Shown here one piece after another: positions 39,524 through 49,005 of a DNA stretch of 49,005 nt; position 1 is the stretch's first letter, and every line of letters starts with the position of its first letter. The DNA comes from Sumerlaeia bacterium. GTDB taxonomy: Bacteria; Sumerlaeota; Sumerlaeia; SLMS01; JAHLLQ01. The notes beneath the pieces are model-generated. The model saw nothing but the letters and a program-made list of their open reading frames with translations. It was not told the DNA's origin and did not search any database. The stretch is from positions 1 to 49,005 of the forward strand of contig JAVJSW010000040.1 in NCBI GenBank assembly GCA_040219255.1, read 5' to 3'. The position numbers and the translations under genes were made by a program.

Positions 39524-40091
39524 CCAAGTAGCGGAATTTCAACTCGCAAGAGCGGCGCAATCTGCAGACGGCGCGATTTGAATCTGCCACATCCTATAAC
39601 TCGTGCAAATTCTTCGGCACAGCATGAGCTGGTTATTGGCCTGACTTTGCCGAGCGACAGTTTTCGCTCTTTGTCAGAAATCTGCGTTTGCTGGGGCAGC
39701 CAATTCCCCGGCGATGTGGGACAATGCCTTCGGGTGGAAGCTGCACTCGTGGTTCCTACAGGCGTCGATGGCTCAAGTACAGCGAATTTTGCTCCAGTAT
39801 CTCCATTTGGGTGAAGTTTTCGGAGGCGAATGATTTCACGCTGTCGGGCGGAGCCGCGTTGGGCGATGGCTTCCTTTTCAACTCTCTGGGCGCGAACCTG
39901 CATGAGGAAGCCACGATCTCGCAGGACTGGAGGTGGTTTGGCAAGGTGTTGTCCGGCTGCGTTGGGTTGATTACACCCGGGGCTCAGCGTGCGGACAGCG
40001 CGGTGAGGGGCGCGAAACCTGCTCCATTAGATCGTTCTGGGGTTAATCTCCCAAAGCTCATGCCAGGCTACCCACGACTTAATGGATCCGT

Positions 40092-43000
40092 ATGAAACTG
40101 CCTTTCCTGCATTCGAAGCCGAGCGACCCCGCCAACCGGACTGCGAATCAACCCCTCCCCCAGGCCGGGATCTTCCCGCCTGGCCAGATGCAAAGTCATG
40201 CCCTGGCGCTGGCGAAGTCTCATCGTGTCGGAAATCGGCGGGGCTCGGATCTGCTCCTCGAGTCTCTAGACCGGAACGAAACTGCCTTGCGCGCATTTAG
40301 GCGCGCGACGCTGGCGCGTGAGCAATCGGTCCGGGTAACGCCGGCAGTAGAATGGCTTCTGGACAACTTTTTCCTCATCGAGGAGCAGATTCAAATCGCC
40401 CGGCGCCATCTTCCCCCGAACTATAGTCGCCTGCTCCCGCGGCTGGACTCGAGGCCTTCCCAGAGATATCCCCGTGTGTACGACATTGTTCTGGAACTGG
40501 TCTCGCATTCGGATGCGGAGGTAGATGCGGAATCCCTCCATGCTTTTGTGGCCGCTTATCAGACCGTGACTAGCCTTCAGCTCGGCGAGCTGTGGGCTAT
40601 TCCCATTATGCTCCGTCTTGTGTTGATCGAAAACCTAAAGGGCCTCGCAATCCACCTTGGGGTCGCGCGCAATGATCGGCTCCAGGCCGATTACTGGATT
40701 GATCGCCTTCAGGAGATGAGCCGCACGAAACCTGCGGATGTGGTGATCGTTGTCGCAGAAATGGCCCAAGCGGAAATCCAGCTTTCGCCGGCATTCGTGG
40801 CAGAATTCTGCAAACGGATTACTCGCCAGAACCCGACGCTTCAGATCGCGCTGGAATGGCTGACGCGTCGGCTGGGAGCCGAGAATAAGTCAGTCGAGCA
40901 ACTGGTCAACAGGGACACGCAGATGCAGGCGGCAAACCAGGTCGCCGTCAGGAACAGCATCGCCAGCATGCGGCTGCTGGGCATCATCGACTGGAAAGAC
41001 TTTGTCGAGGGCCTGAGTATCGTGGAGAAGGTGCTCCGCACCGACCCGGCCCGGATTTACCACAGAATGGATTTCGCCACACGCGACCACTACCGCCAGA
41101 GTGTGGGAGAGATCGCGCGATTCGGCATCGATTCGGAAGAGGCAGTGGCGCGCGAGGCAATCGCGCTGGCAGAAGCCGGAGCGCAGCAACGCGGTCCCGC
41201 CGATCGTTCGGCACACGTAGGCTACTACCTCATTGATAAGGGAAAGCCGCAGCTTGAGCAGACATTCTCGCCGCGATGGTCCTGGAGGACGAGGGCTGAG
41301 AAGATCATCAGGCGCTTGCCGTTGCCCTTCTACGTTGGGTCCGTTTGCCTGCAAACGCTGCTCCTGGTCCTCGGGTTTCTAGCGGTGACCCAAGCGCTTG
41401 ACCTGACCGGGTGGAAGACTTGGCTCCTGGCGCTCCCCTTCACGCTTGCAGCCACGCAAATGGCGAAGGCGCTGGTGGACTGGGCGTCGGGCCTGCTCGT
41501 TGAGCCGCGCTCGCTCCCGCGGCTTGACTTCAGCAAGGGAATTCCTCCGGAAGGCGAGACGTGCGTGGTGATTCCCACGATGCTCTCAAGCCCGGAGGCG
41601 GCTCATCGCTTGATCGAATCTCTAGAGATTCACTATCTGACCAACCGCGATGAGCACCTTCACTTCGCTCTGCTCACGGATTTTCCCGATGCGGAATCAG
41701 AAACGCTGCCGACAGATGACGCCCTGCTGAGGCAGGTCTGCGACGGAATACAAGCTTTGCAGCGCCGGTACGCGGCATCCGGCGATTCGATCTTTTACCT
41801 GTTTCACCGTCCGCGTCGTTGGAATCCCGCTGAGGGCGTCTGGATGGGCTATGAGCGCAAGCGCGGGAAGCTTGAGGAGTTCAACGGCTACTTGCGCGGC
41901 CAAGCGCGAAGCGCGTTCTCCGTGGTGCTCGGGAACACCGAGATCCTTCCTCGGGTGAAGTATGTCATTACGCTGGACACAGACACTCAACTCCCCCGCG
42001 ACGTTCCGCACCTCCTTGTGGGGGCCCTCTGCCATCCGCTGAACCGCGCGGAAGTTGACCCCATCCGCAAGGTCGTGACTCGAGGATACGGGATCCTGCA
42101 ACCACGCGTCAGCATCAGCCTGCCCACCGCCGGTCGCTCCTGGTATGTGCGCCTGACCGCGGGTGATTCCGGCATCGATCCCTACACCCGCGCCGTTTCA
42201 AACACCTACCAGGATCTCTTCGATGAGGGTTCGTTTATCGGAAAGGGCATCTATGATGTGGATGCCTTCCAGGAAGTCCTGGAGGGGCGCCTGCCGGAAA
42301 ACAAAATCCTGAGCCACGATCTGATTGAGGCCTGCCACGCAAGGTCTGCCCTGATGAGCGATGTGGAACTCTTCGAGGATTTCCCATACCGCTACAACGT
42401 GGACGTGGATCGGCGGCGCCGCTGGATTCGAGGCGATTGGCAGATCCTTCAATGGATTTTCCCGTTCGTTCCCGGCAAGGACACCAAGATCGCGCGCTCG
42501 GGGCTTTCCACTCTGTCGCGCTTCAAAATCTTCGATAACCTGCGCCGCAGTGCGGTCTCTACCGCACAGGTGTTGATCCTTTTGGGCGGCTGGGTCTTGT
42601 TTCCCCAGGCCGCGTGGGTTTTTCCGGCCATCGTCCTGCTGCTGCTTCTCTTCCCGGAAATGGCCTCCACGGGTGCCGACCTTTATCGCCGGTCGAAGGA
42701 GACTTCCCGATCGCTGCATCTACGCCTCGTGGCGCAGGCTCTGGGAAAAAAGCTGATGCAGGTCCTGCTTGCACTCACGTTTCTCCTCTACGATGCAGCC
42801 ATCAGTATAGGCGCCATCATCCGGAGCCTGGTGCGCGTCTTCATCACGCGCAAGCGGCTCCTTGAATGGAGGACCTCCGGCGATGCGGAGCGAGCGTCCT
42901 GCAAGGACCTGCGCTCGTTTTACCGTACCATGTGGGTTTCCCCAGCCATCGCCGTGGCGGTTGCATGCTACCTGGGTGTTGTCAATCCCGTGGCCCTGGT

Positions 43001-46000
43001 CACGGCGGCGCCGATCCTTTTCCTCTGGATCATGGCGCCGTGGGTCGGCTGGTATATCAGCCAGCCGCTTCCTCCCCCGTCAGCGAAGATTAGCGCAGAG
43101 CAGCAGGAATTTCTTCACCTCACGGCGCGAAAAACCTGGTGGTACTTCGAGAAATTCGCGACCGCTACGGAGAACTGGCTGCCCCCAGACAACTATCAGG
43201 AGGAATCCCTCGCGGCGGTGGCCCCGCGAACCTCTCCCACCAACATCGGCTTTTCGCTGCTGGCAAATGTCGCTGCCCATGACTTTGGCTACATCTCCAC
43301 CGGCCGGTTGATTCAACGCACCCGCGATACGCTCCTCACCCTGCGCAAGCTCGAGAAGCACCGCGGCCATTTCTTCAACTGGTACGACACGCGCACGCTC
43401 CTGCCGCTCCCTCCGCGGTACGTTTCCGCGGTGGACAGCGGGAATCTGGCGGGCATGCTCCTGACGCTGGCGGGAGCCCTGCGCGAACTGAGCACCACCA
43501 CAGCACTGAATCCTCAACGCGTGGAGGGGCTTCGAGACACGCTGGCGATTCTGCGTCAGTCCGGCGACGCTCCGCGATCCCTGATCGCTTCCCTGGAAAA
43601 GGCGATCGAGAAACCGCGGCGTGGCCTCAAGGAAACCCACGCTCTTTTTGACGAGATTCAAACAATCCTAAGTCCAGCTTCCGATTCGCCCCGGCTGCCC
43701 GACGGCGATGCAGCGCAGGCCTGGATTGAAAATCTCAGTAGCCAGTGCGAGGATTTCCTCGGGGAACTGGCGGAACTGCAGGCGGCATTAGGGACGCAGG
43801 GCGGAGACGGGTTGGAAGCGCAATCTGGCGAGCAGTCTCTGGATGCCCTTGCTGACGGCACCGGCTCGGTGGGGCAGTACGCCCGCATGCGGATCGAATC
43901 GCTGGACGAGCTGGCGCTTGAGTGCGATGAACTGGCTCGCATGGAGTGGGGCTTCCTTTTCGAGCCGACGCGCAAGCTTTTCGCGGTGGGATACAACGTA
44001 GATGATCAGCGGCTCGATTCGTCGTACTATGACCTGCTGGCGTCCGAAGCACGACTGACCAGCTACATCGCGATCGCTCAGGGCGCCGTTCATCAGGAAC
44101 ATTGGTTTTCACTCGGGAGACTGCTTGTTGCGGCAAGTGGTAAATCAGTCCTCGCTTCCTGGAGCGGCTCGATGTTCGAGTATCTGATGCCGCACCTCAT
44201 CATGCCGAGTTACCCTCACACCCTGCTGGATGGAACATGCGCAGCCGCCGTTGATCAGCAGATCAGCTACGGCAACGCGCGGGGCGTGCCTTGGGGAATA
44301 TCGGAATCGGGTTACAACCGAACGGATGTCCACCTGAACTATCAGTACCGCGCCTTTGGGATTCCGGGGATTGGGCTCAAGCGCGGCCTGGAAGATGATC
44401 TGGTGGTTGCTCCCTACGCCTCGGCGCTGGCGCTGCTGGTTGCTCCTCGCCAGGCCTGTGAGAATCTTCAATTGCTGGCGCGCGAGGGTCGAACAGGGGA
44501 TTTCGGATTCTACGAGGCGGTGGACTACACCCCTTCCCGTATCCCGCCGCGGCAGAAGGGCGTGGTCGTCCGTTCCTTTATGGCCCATCATCAGGGGATG
44601 ATCCTGCTTTCGCTGCTGCACCTGCTGAAGCGCGCCCCCATGCAGAAACGGTTCGCGCTCTGTCCGACCCTAAGAACGATTGACCTTCTGCTGCACGAAC
44701 GCATGCCGACAGCAGAGGGGACAATCCTCCAGCGGGATCTCGGCAAGGAAGAGCAGAAAGCTGGGTCGGCCGAGCAAGACTCAGCAGTGCGCATCTGCGC
44801 TAATCCCAACTCGCCCACGCCGGAAGTTCACTTACTTTCCAACGAACGCTACCATGTGGCCATCACCAGCGCCGGCGCTGGATTCAGCAGTTGGAAGAAT
44901 CTGGCGGTGACTCGGTGGCGCGAGGATCCCACGCGCGACTGCTGGGGATACTTCATCTACTTCCGTGATGTGGAAACCGGAAGATTCTGGTCCGCCGCCT
45001 ATCAGCCAACACTTCACCAAACGAAGCAATACGAAGCGGTTTTTGGCCAGGGGCGCGCGGAATTCCGCCAGAGCCACCTCGGGCTTCTGATCAACACAGA
45101 AATCGGTGTCTCGCCGGAGGACGATGTCGAACTGCGCAGAATCACCATTACCAACCTCTCCAGGAAGGTTCGTACCATCGAAGTGACGAGCTATGCAGAG
45201 GTGGTCATGGCACCACAGGCCGCCGATGCCTCCCACAGGGCTTTCAGCAACCTTTTTGTTCAGACGGAGTTTGACGTGCCAACCTCCGCGATTCTCTGCA
45301 CACGCCGGGCGCGATCCAACATGGAGCAGCCGCCATTCATGCTGCATCTGCTGGTTGGCCAGGGCGGCGAGCAAGGGCCGGTTTCCTGCGAAACCGATCG
45401 CGCTCGCTTTATCGGCCGTCACGCCGATCTGACTCGGCCGGAAGCAATTCTAAGCGACGAACCGCTCTCCGGAACCACAGGCTCGGTGCTTGATCCGATC
45501 GTTTCCCTGCGCCGTCGAGTCGCGATCAAACCGGGCGATAAGGCAACCCTGGTTTACGTTCTGGGCATCGGCGAGAACCGCGAAGCGGCGAGCGCGCTGA
45601 TCCTCAAGTACGGCAACATACGGATGGCAGACCGTGCGTTCGACTTGGCCTGGACGCACAGCCAGGTGTCGTTGCGCCAATTGAACGCCACCGAAGCAGA
45701 GGCGCAGGTTTACAGTCGCCTCGCCAGTGCCTTGATTTACGCCGACCCGGCCTATCGGGCGGAGGCAAATACCCTTCGTCGCAATCGGCGCGGCCAGAGC
45801 GCCCTCTGGGCCTATGGAATCTCCGGTGATGTGCCGATCGTACTCCTGCGCATCGGCAGCACGGCCCACATGGAGCTCGTGGAACAACTCGTGAAGGCTC
45901 ATTCTTACTGGCGGATGAAGGGGCTTCGCGTCGAACTTGTCATCGTAAACGAAGATGTTTCCGATTATCGTCAGTCGCTGCAGGATGCCATCATCAGTTC

Positions 46001-48647
46001 GATCATGTTGGGTATGGGCGCGACGATGATCGATCGTCCCGAGGGAATTTTCGTGCGCCGCCATGAGCAGATCGCCGACGAGAACCTGATCCTGCTTCGA
46101 TCCGTTGCACGAATCGTTTTCGATGCCGAGCACGGCCCACTCCAGGCTCAGATGATGAACGCTGTCCAGCCGTCGATACCCATACGCGGTTCGTCGCCCT
46201 CCTTCCATCCCAGCGGAGCAAGTACCGCCAGGAGTGCGCTTCCAACGCGAGAGCTCATTCTCGAGAACGGCTTCGGCGGCTTTACCCCGGATGGAAAGGA
46301 ATATGTGATCACTTTGCAACCCGGCCAGGTGACCCCGGCCCCCTGGGTGAACGTGATCGCCAATCCCTTCTTCGGAACCATGATTTCCGAAAGTGGCAGC
46401 TCTTTCACCTGGCTGGAGAACGCAAAGCAGTTTCCGCTCACTCCCTGGAACAACGACCCCGTGGCGGATGAAGGCGGCGAGGCCTTCTACATCCGCGACG
46501 AGGAAACCGGCAAATTCTGGTCGCCCACGCCCATGCCCACTCGCGGCACAACGCCCTACGTTATCCGCCATGGCTTTGGGTACTCGGTCTTCGAGCATAC
46601 GGAAGACGGAATTGCCTCGGAACTGTGGATCTATGTGGCGATGGACGCGCCCGTCAAATTTGCCGTGCTCAAGCTGCGCAATCTTTCCGATCGTCCACGC
46701 CAGATCTCCGCAACCGCCTACTACGAATGGGTGCTGGCCGAGGTTCGCGAGAGCGGCCTGATGCACGCACAAACGGAGATCGACCAGCGAACCGGGGCCC
46801 TCCTCGCCCGCAACTCCTATAGCGCCGAATTCCCCAACCGTATTGCCTTCGTGGATGTGAACGAAGAAAGCACCATCGCGGGTGATCGGCGGAACTTCAT
46901 CGGGCGCAACGGCACGCTGGCCCGTCCTGCCGCCCTGCGCAAGAAAGAACTGCCAGGAAGCGTGGGCGCGGGACTGGACCCGTGCGGTGCGGTAGCCGTG
47001 CCGATCAGGCTGCGCGAGGGCGAAGAACGAGAGCTTACTTTCCGTCTCGGTGTAGGCGAGGACTCCAGCGACGTTCACCAACTCATCCAGCGATTCCGCC
47101 AACCGGGAGCCTCCCGTGCCGCCCTCGAAGGCGTGTGGGATCACTGGAGGCAAGTCCTTGGTGCTGTTCACGTTCAAACACCCGATCCCGCCGTCAATGT
47201 CATGGCCAATGGCTGGCTCCTCTACCAGACACTCAGCAGCCGCATGTGGGGCCGCACCGGGTTCTACCAGGCCGGCGGCGCCTTCGGATTCCGTGATCAG
47301 TTGCAGGATTCCATGGCACTCGTCCACGCGGCGCCGCAGCTGGTACGCGACCACCTGCTATTAGCCGCCTCGCGCCAGTTCCAGCAGGGCGACGTGCAGC
47401 ACTGGTGGCACCCGCCCGTGGGTCGCGGTGTCCGTACCCACTTCTCCGACGATTTTCTTTGGCTCCCCTTTGTCACATGTCACTATGTATCCGCCACGGG
47501 GGACACCGGTGTTCTGGAGGAATCAGTACCCTTCCTTGAAGGGCGCGCCGTGGGGGAAGACGAGGAGGCCTACTACGACCTGCCCATGCGTTCCCAGGAA
47601 AATGCCAGTCTCTATCAGCACTGCGTCCGTGCCATCGAAAACGGCATGCGTTACGGCACCCACGGCATGCCGCTGATGGGCTGCGGCGACTGGAACGATG
47701 GCATGAACCGCATCGGCGAAGGCGGCCGCGGAGAAAGTGTCTGGCTCGGCTTCTTCCAGTATGCCGTGCTGCGCCAGTTCGCTGAGCTTGCCGAGCAACA
47801 CAACGATCAGGCCTTCGCCGAAAAATGCCGCGCGCAAGCGGCGATCCTGCAGCGCGATCTCGAGAAAAACACCTGGGACGGCTCCTGGTATATTCGCGCG
47901 TACTTCGATAACGGCGATCCTGTGGGTTCCCACGCGAGCGCCGAATGCCAGATCGACTCGCTGCCGCAAAGCTGGTCCGTCATCAGCGGCGCCGCCTCCA
48001 CGGAAAGAGCTCGCATCGCCATGGAATCCGTTGATCGGCGACTCGTTCGGCGCGACGAACAACTCATCCAGCTTTTCGATCCTCCCTTCGACCAGTCACC
48101 CGCGGACCCAGGCTACATCAAGGGCTACATTCCCGGCATCCGCGAAAACGGTGGCCAGTACACCCACGCCGCCATCTGGACCGTGATGGGCTTCGCTCTG
48201 CTCGGCGATCACGATCGCGCCTGGAAACTTTTCGACCTCCTGAACCCCGTGAACCACAGTTCAACCGAGGAAGGTGCAAAGATTTACAAAGTAGAGCCCT
48301 ACGTGGTGGCTGCGGACGTTTACGCACGGCCACCCCACGTCGGCCGCGGAGGCTGGACCTGGTACACCGGCTCCGCCGGCTGGATGTACCGCCTCCTGAT
48401 CGAAACACTCCTAGGCGTCAGCCGCCAGGGTGACTTCCTGAGCATCAAGCCGCGGCTCCCTAGCAAATGGAACACTGTGGTTATCCATTACCGCCACAAG
48501 AGAACCACCTACCAAATCACCATCACCCGCACCGCCCCACAGGAGACTGCCGTCCCGCTCCTTACTTCCGACGGAACCGTGCTTCCCGACAACAAAATCC
48601 CGCTGGTCGACGAACCGAGAGTCATCAGTGTTCAGATGGCGTTGTGA
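40092..48647 (+). CDS. ndvB: Cyclic beta-1,2-glucan synthase (Cgs/NdvB/ChvB type; GT84 + cyclisation domain + GH94)
   Basis: 2851 aa; EWLLDNF, GYERKRGK, LDTDT, GKGIYDV, SHDLIE, RWIRGDWQ, TM block, YDLLASEAR, SWSGSMFEYLMP, GFRDQLQD, DWNDGMN, ENGGQYTH. Confidence 0.93.
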   Translation: MKLPFLHSKPSDPANRTANQPLPQAGIFPPGQMQSHALALAKSHRVGNRRGSDLLLESLDRNETALRAFRRATLAREQSVRVTPAVEWLLDNFFLIEEQIQIARRHLPPNYSRLLPRLDSRPSQRYPRVYDIVLELVSHSDAEVDAESLHAFVAAYQTVTSLQLGELWAIPIMLRLVLIENLKGLAIHLGVARNDRLQADYWIDRLQEMSRTKPADVVIVVAEMAQAEIQLSPAFVAEFCKRITRQNPTLQIALEWLTRRLGAENKSVEQLVNRDTQMQAANQVAVRNSIASMRLLGIIDWKDFVEGLSIVEKVLRTDPARIYHRMDFATRDHYRQSVGEIARFGIDSEEAVAREAIALAEAGAQQRGPADRSAHVGYYLIDKGKPQLEQTFSPRWSWRTRAEKIIRRLPLPFYVGSVCLQTLLLVLGFLAVTQALDLTGWKTWLLALPFTLAATQMAKALVDWASGLLVEPRSLPRLDFSKGIPPEGETCVVIPTMLSSPEAAHRLIESLEIHYLTNRDEHLHFALLTDFPDAESETLPTDDALLRQVCDGIQALQRRYAASGDSIFYLFHRPRRWNPAEGVWMGYERKRGKLEEFNGYLRGQARSAFSVVLGNTEILPRVKYVITLDTDTQLPRDVPHLLVGALCHPLNRAEVDPIRKVVTRGYGILQPRVSISLPTAGRSWYVRLTAGDSGIDPYTRAVSNTYQDLFDEGSFIGKGIYDVDAFQEVLEGRLPENKILSHDLIEACHARSALMSDVELFEDFPYRYNVDVDRRRRWIRGDWQILQWIFPFVPGKDTKIARSGLSTLSRFKIFDNLRRSAVSTAQVLILLGGWVLFPQAAWVFPAIVLLLLLFPEMASTGADLYRRSKETSRSLHLRLVAQALGKKLMQVLLALTFLLYDAAISIGAIIRSLVRVFITRKRLLEWRTSGDAERASCKDLRSFYRTMWVSPAIAVAVACYLGVVNPVALVTAAPILFLWIMAPWVGWYISQPLPPPSAKISAEQQEFLHLTARKTWWYFEKFATATENWLPPDNYQEESLAAVAPRTSPTNIGFSLLANVAAHDFGYISTGRLIQRTRDTLLTLRKLEKHRGHFFNWYDTRTLLPLPPRYVSAVDSGNLAGMLLTLAGALRELSTTTALNPQRVEGLRDTLAILRQSGDAPRSLIASLEKAIEKPRRGLKETHALFDEIQTILSPASDSPRLPDGDAAQAWIENLSSQCEDFLGELAELQAALGTQGGDGLEAQSGEQSLDALADGTGSVGQYARMRIESLDELALECDELARMEWGFLFEPTRKLFAVGYNVDDQRLDSSYYDLLASEARLTSYIAIAQGAVHQEHWFSLGRLLVAASGKSVLASWSGSMFEYLMPHLIMPSYPHTLLDGTCAAAVDQQISYGNARGVPWGISESGYNRTDVHLNYQYRAFGIPGIGLKRGLEDDLVVAPYASALALLVAPRQACENLQLLAREGRTGDFGFYEAVDYTPSRIPPRQKGVVVRSFMAHHQGMILLSLLHLLKRAPMQKRFALCPTLRTIDLLLHERMPTAEGTILQRDLGKEEQKAGSAEQDSAVRICANPNSPTPEVHLLSNERYHVAITSAGAGFSSWKNLAVTRWREDPTRDCWGYFIYFRDVETGRFWSAAYQPTLHQTKQYEAVFGQGRAEFRQSHLGLLINTEIGVSPEDDVELRRITITNLSRKVRTIEVTSYAEVVMAPQAADASHRAFSNLFVQTEFDVPTSAILCTRRARSNMEQPPFMLHLLVGQGGEQGPVSCETDRARFIGRHADLTRPEAILSDEPLSGTTGSVLDPIVSLRRRVAIKPGDKATLVYVLGIGENREAASALILKYGNIRMADRAFDLAWTHSQVSLRQLNATEAEAQVYSRLASALIYADPAYRAEANTLRRNRRGQSALWAYGISGDVPIVLLRIGSTAHMELVEQLVKAHSYWRMKGLRVELVIVNEDVSDYRQSLQDAIISSIMLGMGATMIDRPEGIFVRRHEQIADENLILLRSVARIVFDAEHGPLQAQMMNAVQPSIPIRGSSPSFHPSGASTARSALPTRELILENGFGGFTPDGKEYVITLQPGQVTPAPWVNVIANPFFGTMISESGSSFTWLENAKQFPLTPWNNDPVADEGGEAFYIRDEETGKFWSPTPMPTRGTTPYVIRHGFGYSVFEHTEDGIASELWIYVAMDAPVKFAVLKLRNLSDRPRQISATAYYEWVLAEVRESGLMHAQTEIDQRTGALLARNSYSAEFPNRIAFVDVNEESTIAGDRRNFIGRNGTLARPAALRKKELPGSVGAGLDPCGAVAVPIRLREGEERELTFRLGVGEDSSDVHQLIQRFRQPGASRAALEGVWDHWRQVLGAVHVQTPDPAVNVMANGWLLYQTLSSRMWGRTGFYQAGGAFGFRDQLQDSMALVHAAPQLVRDHLLLAASRQFQQGDVQHWWHPPVGRGVRTHFSDDFLWLPFVTCHYVSATGDTGVLEESVPFLEGRAVGEDEEAYYDLPMRSQENASLYQHCVRAIENGMRYGTHGMPLMGCGDWNDGMNRIGEGGRGESVWLGFFQYAVLRQFAELAEQHNDQAFAEKCRAQAAILQRDLEKNTWDGSWYIRAYFDNGDPVGSHASAECQIDSLPQSWSVISGAASTERARIAMESVDRRLVRRDEQLIQLFDPPFDQSPADPGYIKGYIPGIRENGGQYTHAAIWTVMGFALLGDHDRAWKLFDLLNPVNHSSTEEGAKIYKVEPYVVAADVYARPPHVGRGGWTWYTGSAGWMYRLLIETLLGVSRQGDFLSIKPRLPSKWNTVVIHYRHKRTTYQITITRTAPQETAVPLLTSDGTVLPDNKIPLVDEPRVISVQMAL

Positions 48648-49005
48648 GGCTTCACTCGCCGGAGGATTCACTGAAGATTTTCCTTCCCCAGTAACGCTTC
48701 CCCCACCACCACCTTTTAGGTAACCCTCTCTCAGCAACTCCCCCTCCCCCGGCCGCAGTTCACCGGGGGATTTTAATTTTCCCCCAGCAACCGCGCGGGA
48801 TTGCGCGATGTGGGGGCGAGGCCCGGTGTGAAAATCTTCCGGACGCCCCTCGCGCCGAAACACGTAGCCCAACTTCGACAGTTGTGAGGCGATGTTTCTT
48901 GCAATTGCTGGAGTTACGTTTTTTGGACCGTTGAAGTCGCCACTACATTCTGGAAGCGTTTTGGTCGGTTGGGGAGGCGAAGCTTGAGGGCGTGGAGCAG
49001 GGCCC

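Noticed and set aside
39520-40300. Several short ORFs between the desaturase and the glucan synthase
   Set aside because: No codon bias, RBS or motifs; treated as a divergent promoter region.

Overview
A GC-rich bacterial chromosomal window with no rRNA, tRNA or CRISPR array that I could detect. Left to right: the 3' end of a small gene and a strong terminator; a citramalate/isopropylmalate synthase translationally coupled to an ankyrin-repeat protein; a secreted protein flanked by a 53-bp duplication of the 3' end of an MmeI-like type IIL/IIG restriction-methylase gene whose specificity region is AT-rich; a BlaI/BlaR1(M56) pair; a receiver-thioredoxin reductase fusion; kdsA; a dockerin-bearing secreted protein; an Hsp70-TPR-Ser/Thr kinase fusion; an unknown gene paired with a PIN nuclease; a GT4 glycosyltransferase; an FG-GAP protein; REP/REPIN-like elements; a deoxyhypusine synthase-family gene; FHA and TPR proteins; pirin/LysR; and a DUF4011-type SF1 helicase-nuclease. 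Next comes a decayed mobile patch (tyrosine recombinase pseudogene, IS5 remnant, orphan Rhs toxin with a putative immunity gene), then an acyl-ACP desaturase and a full-length cyclic beta-1,2-glucan synthase. The strongest leads are the Hsp70-kinase fusion, the Rhs toxin tip with mirror-symmetric cysteine spacing, the att-like duplication and specificity swap at the RM gene, a 50-bp repeat linking two defence loci 33 kb apart, and a shared C-terminal dockerin-like tag. All calls come from reading motifs by eye; no searches were run, and GC statements are visual impressions.
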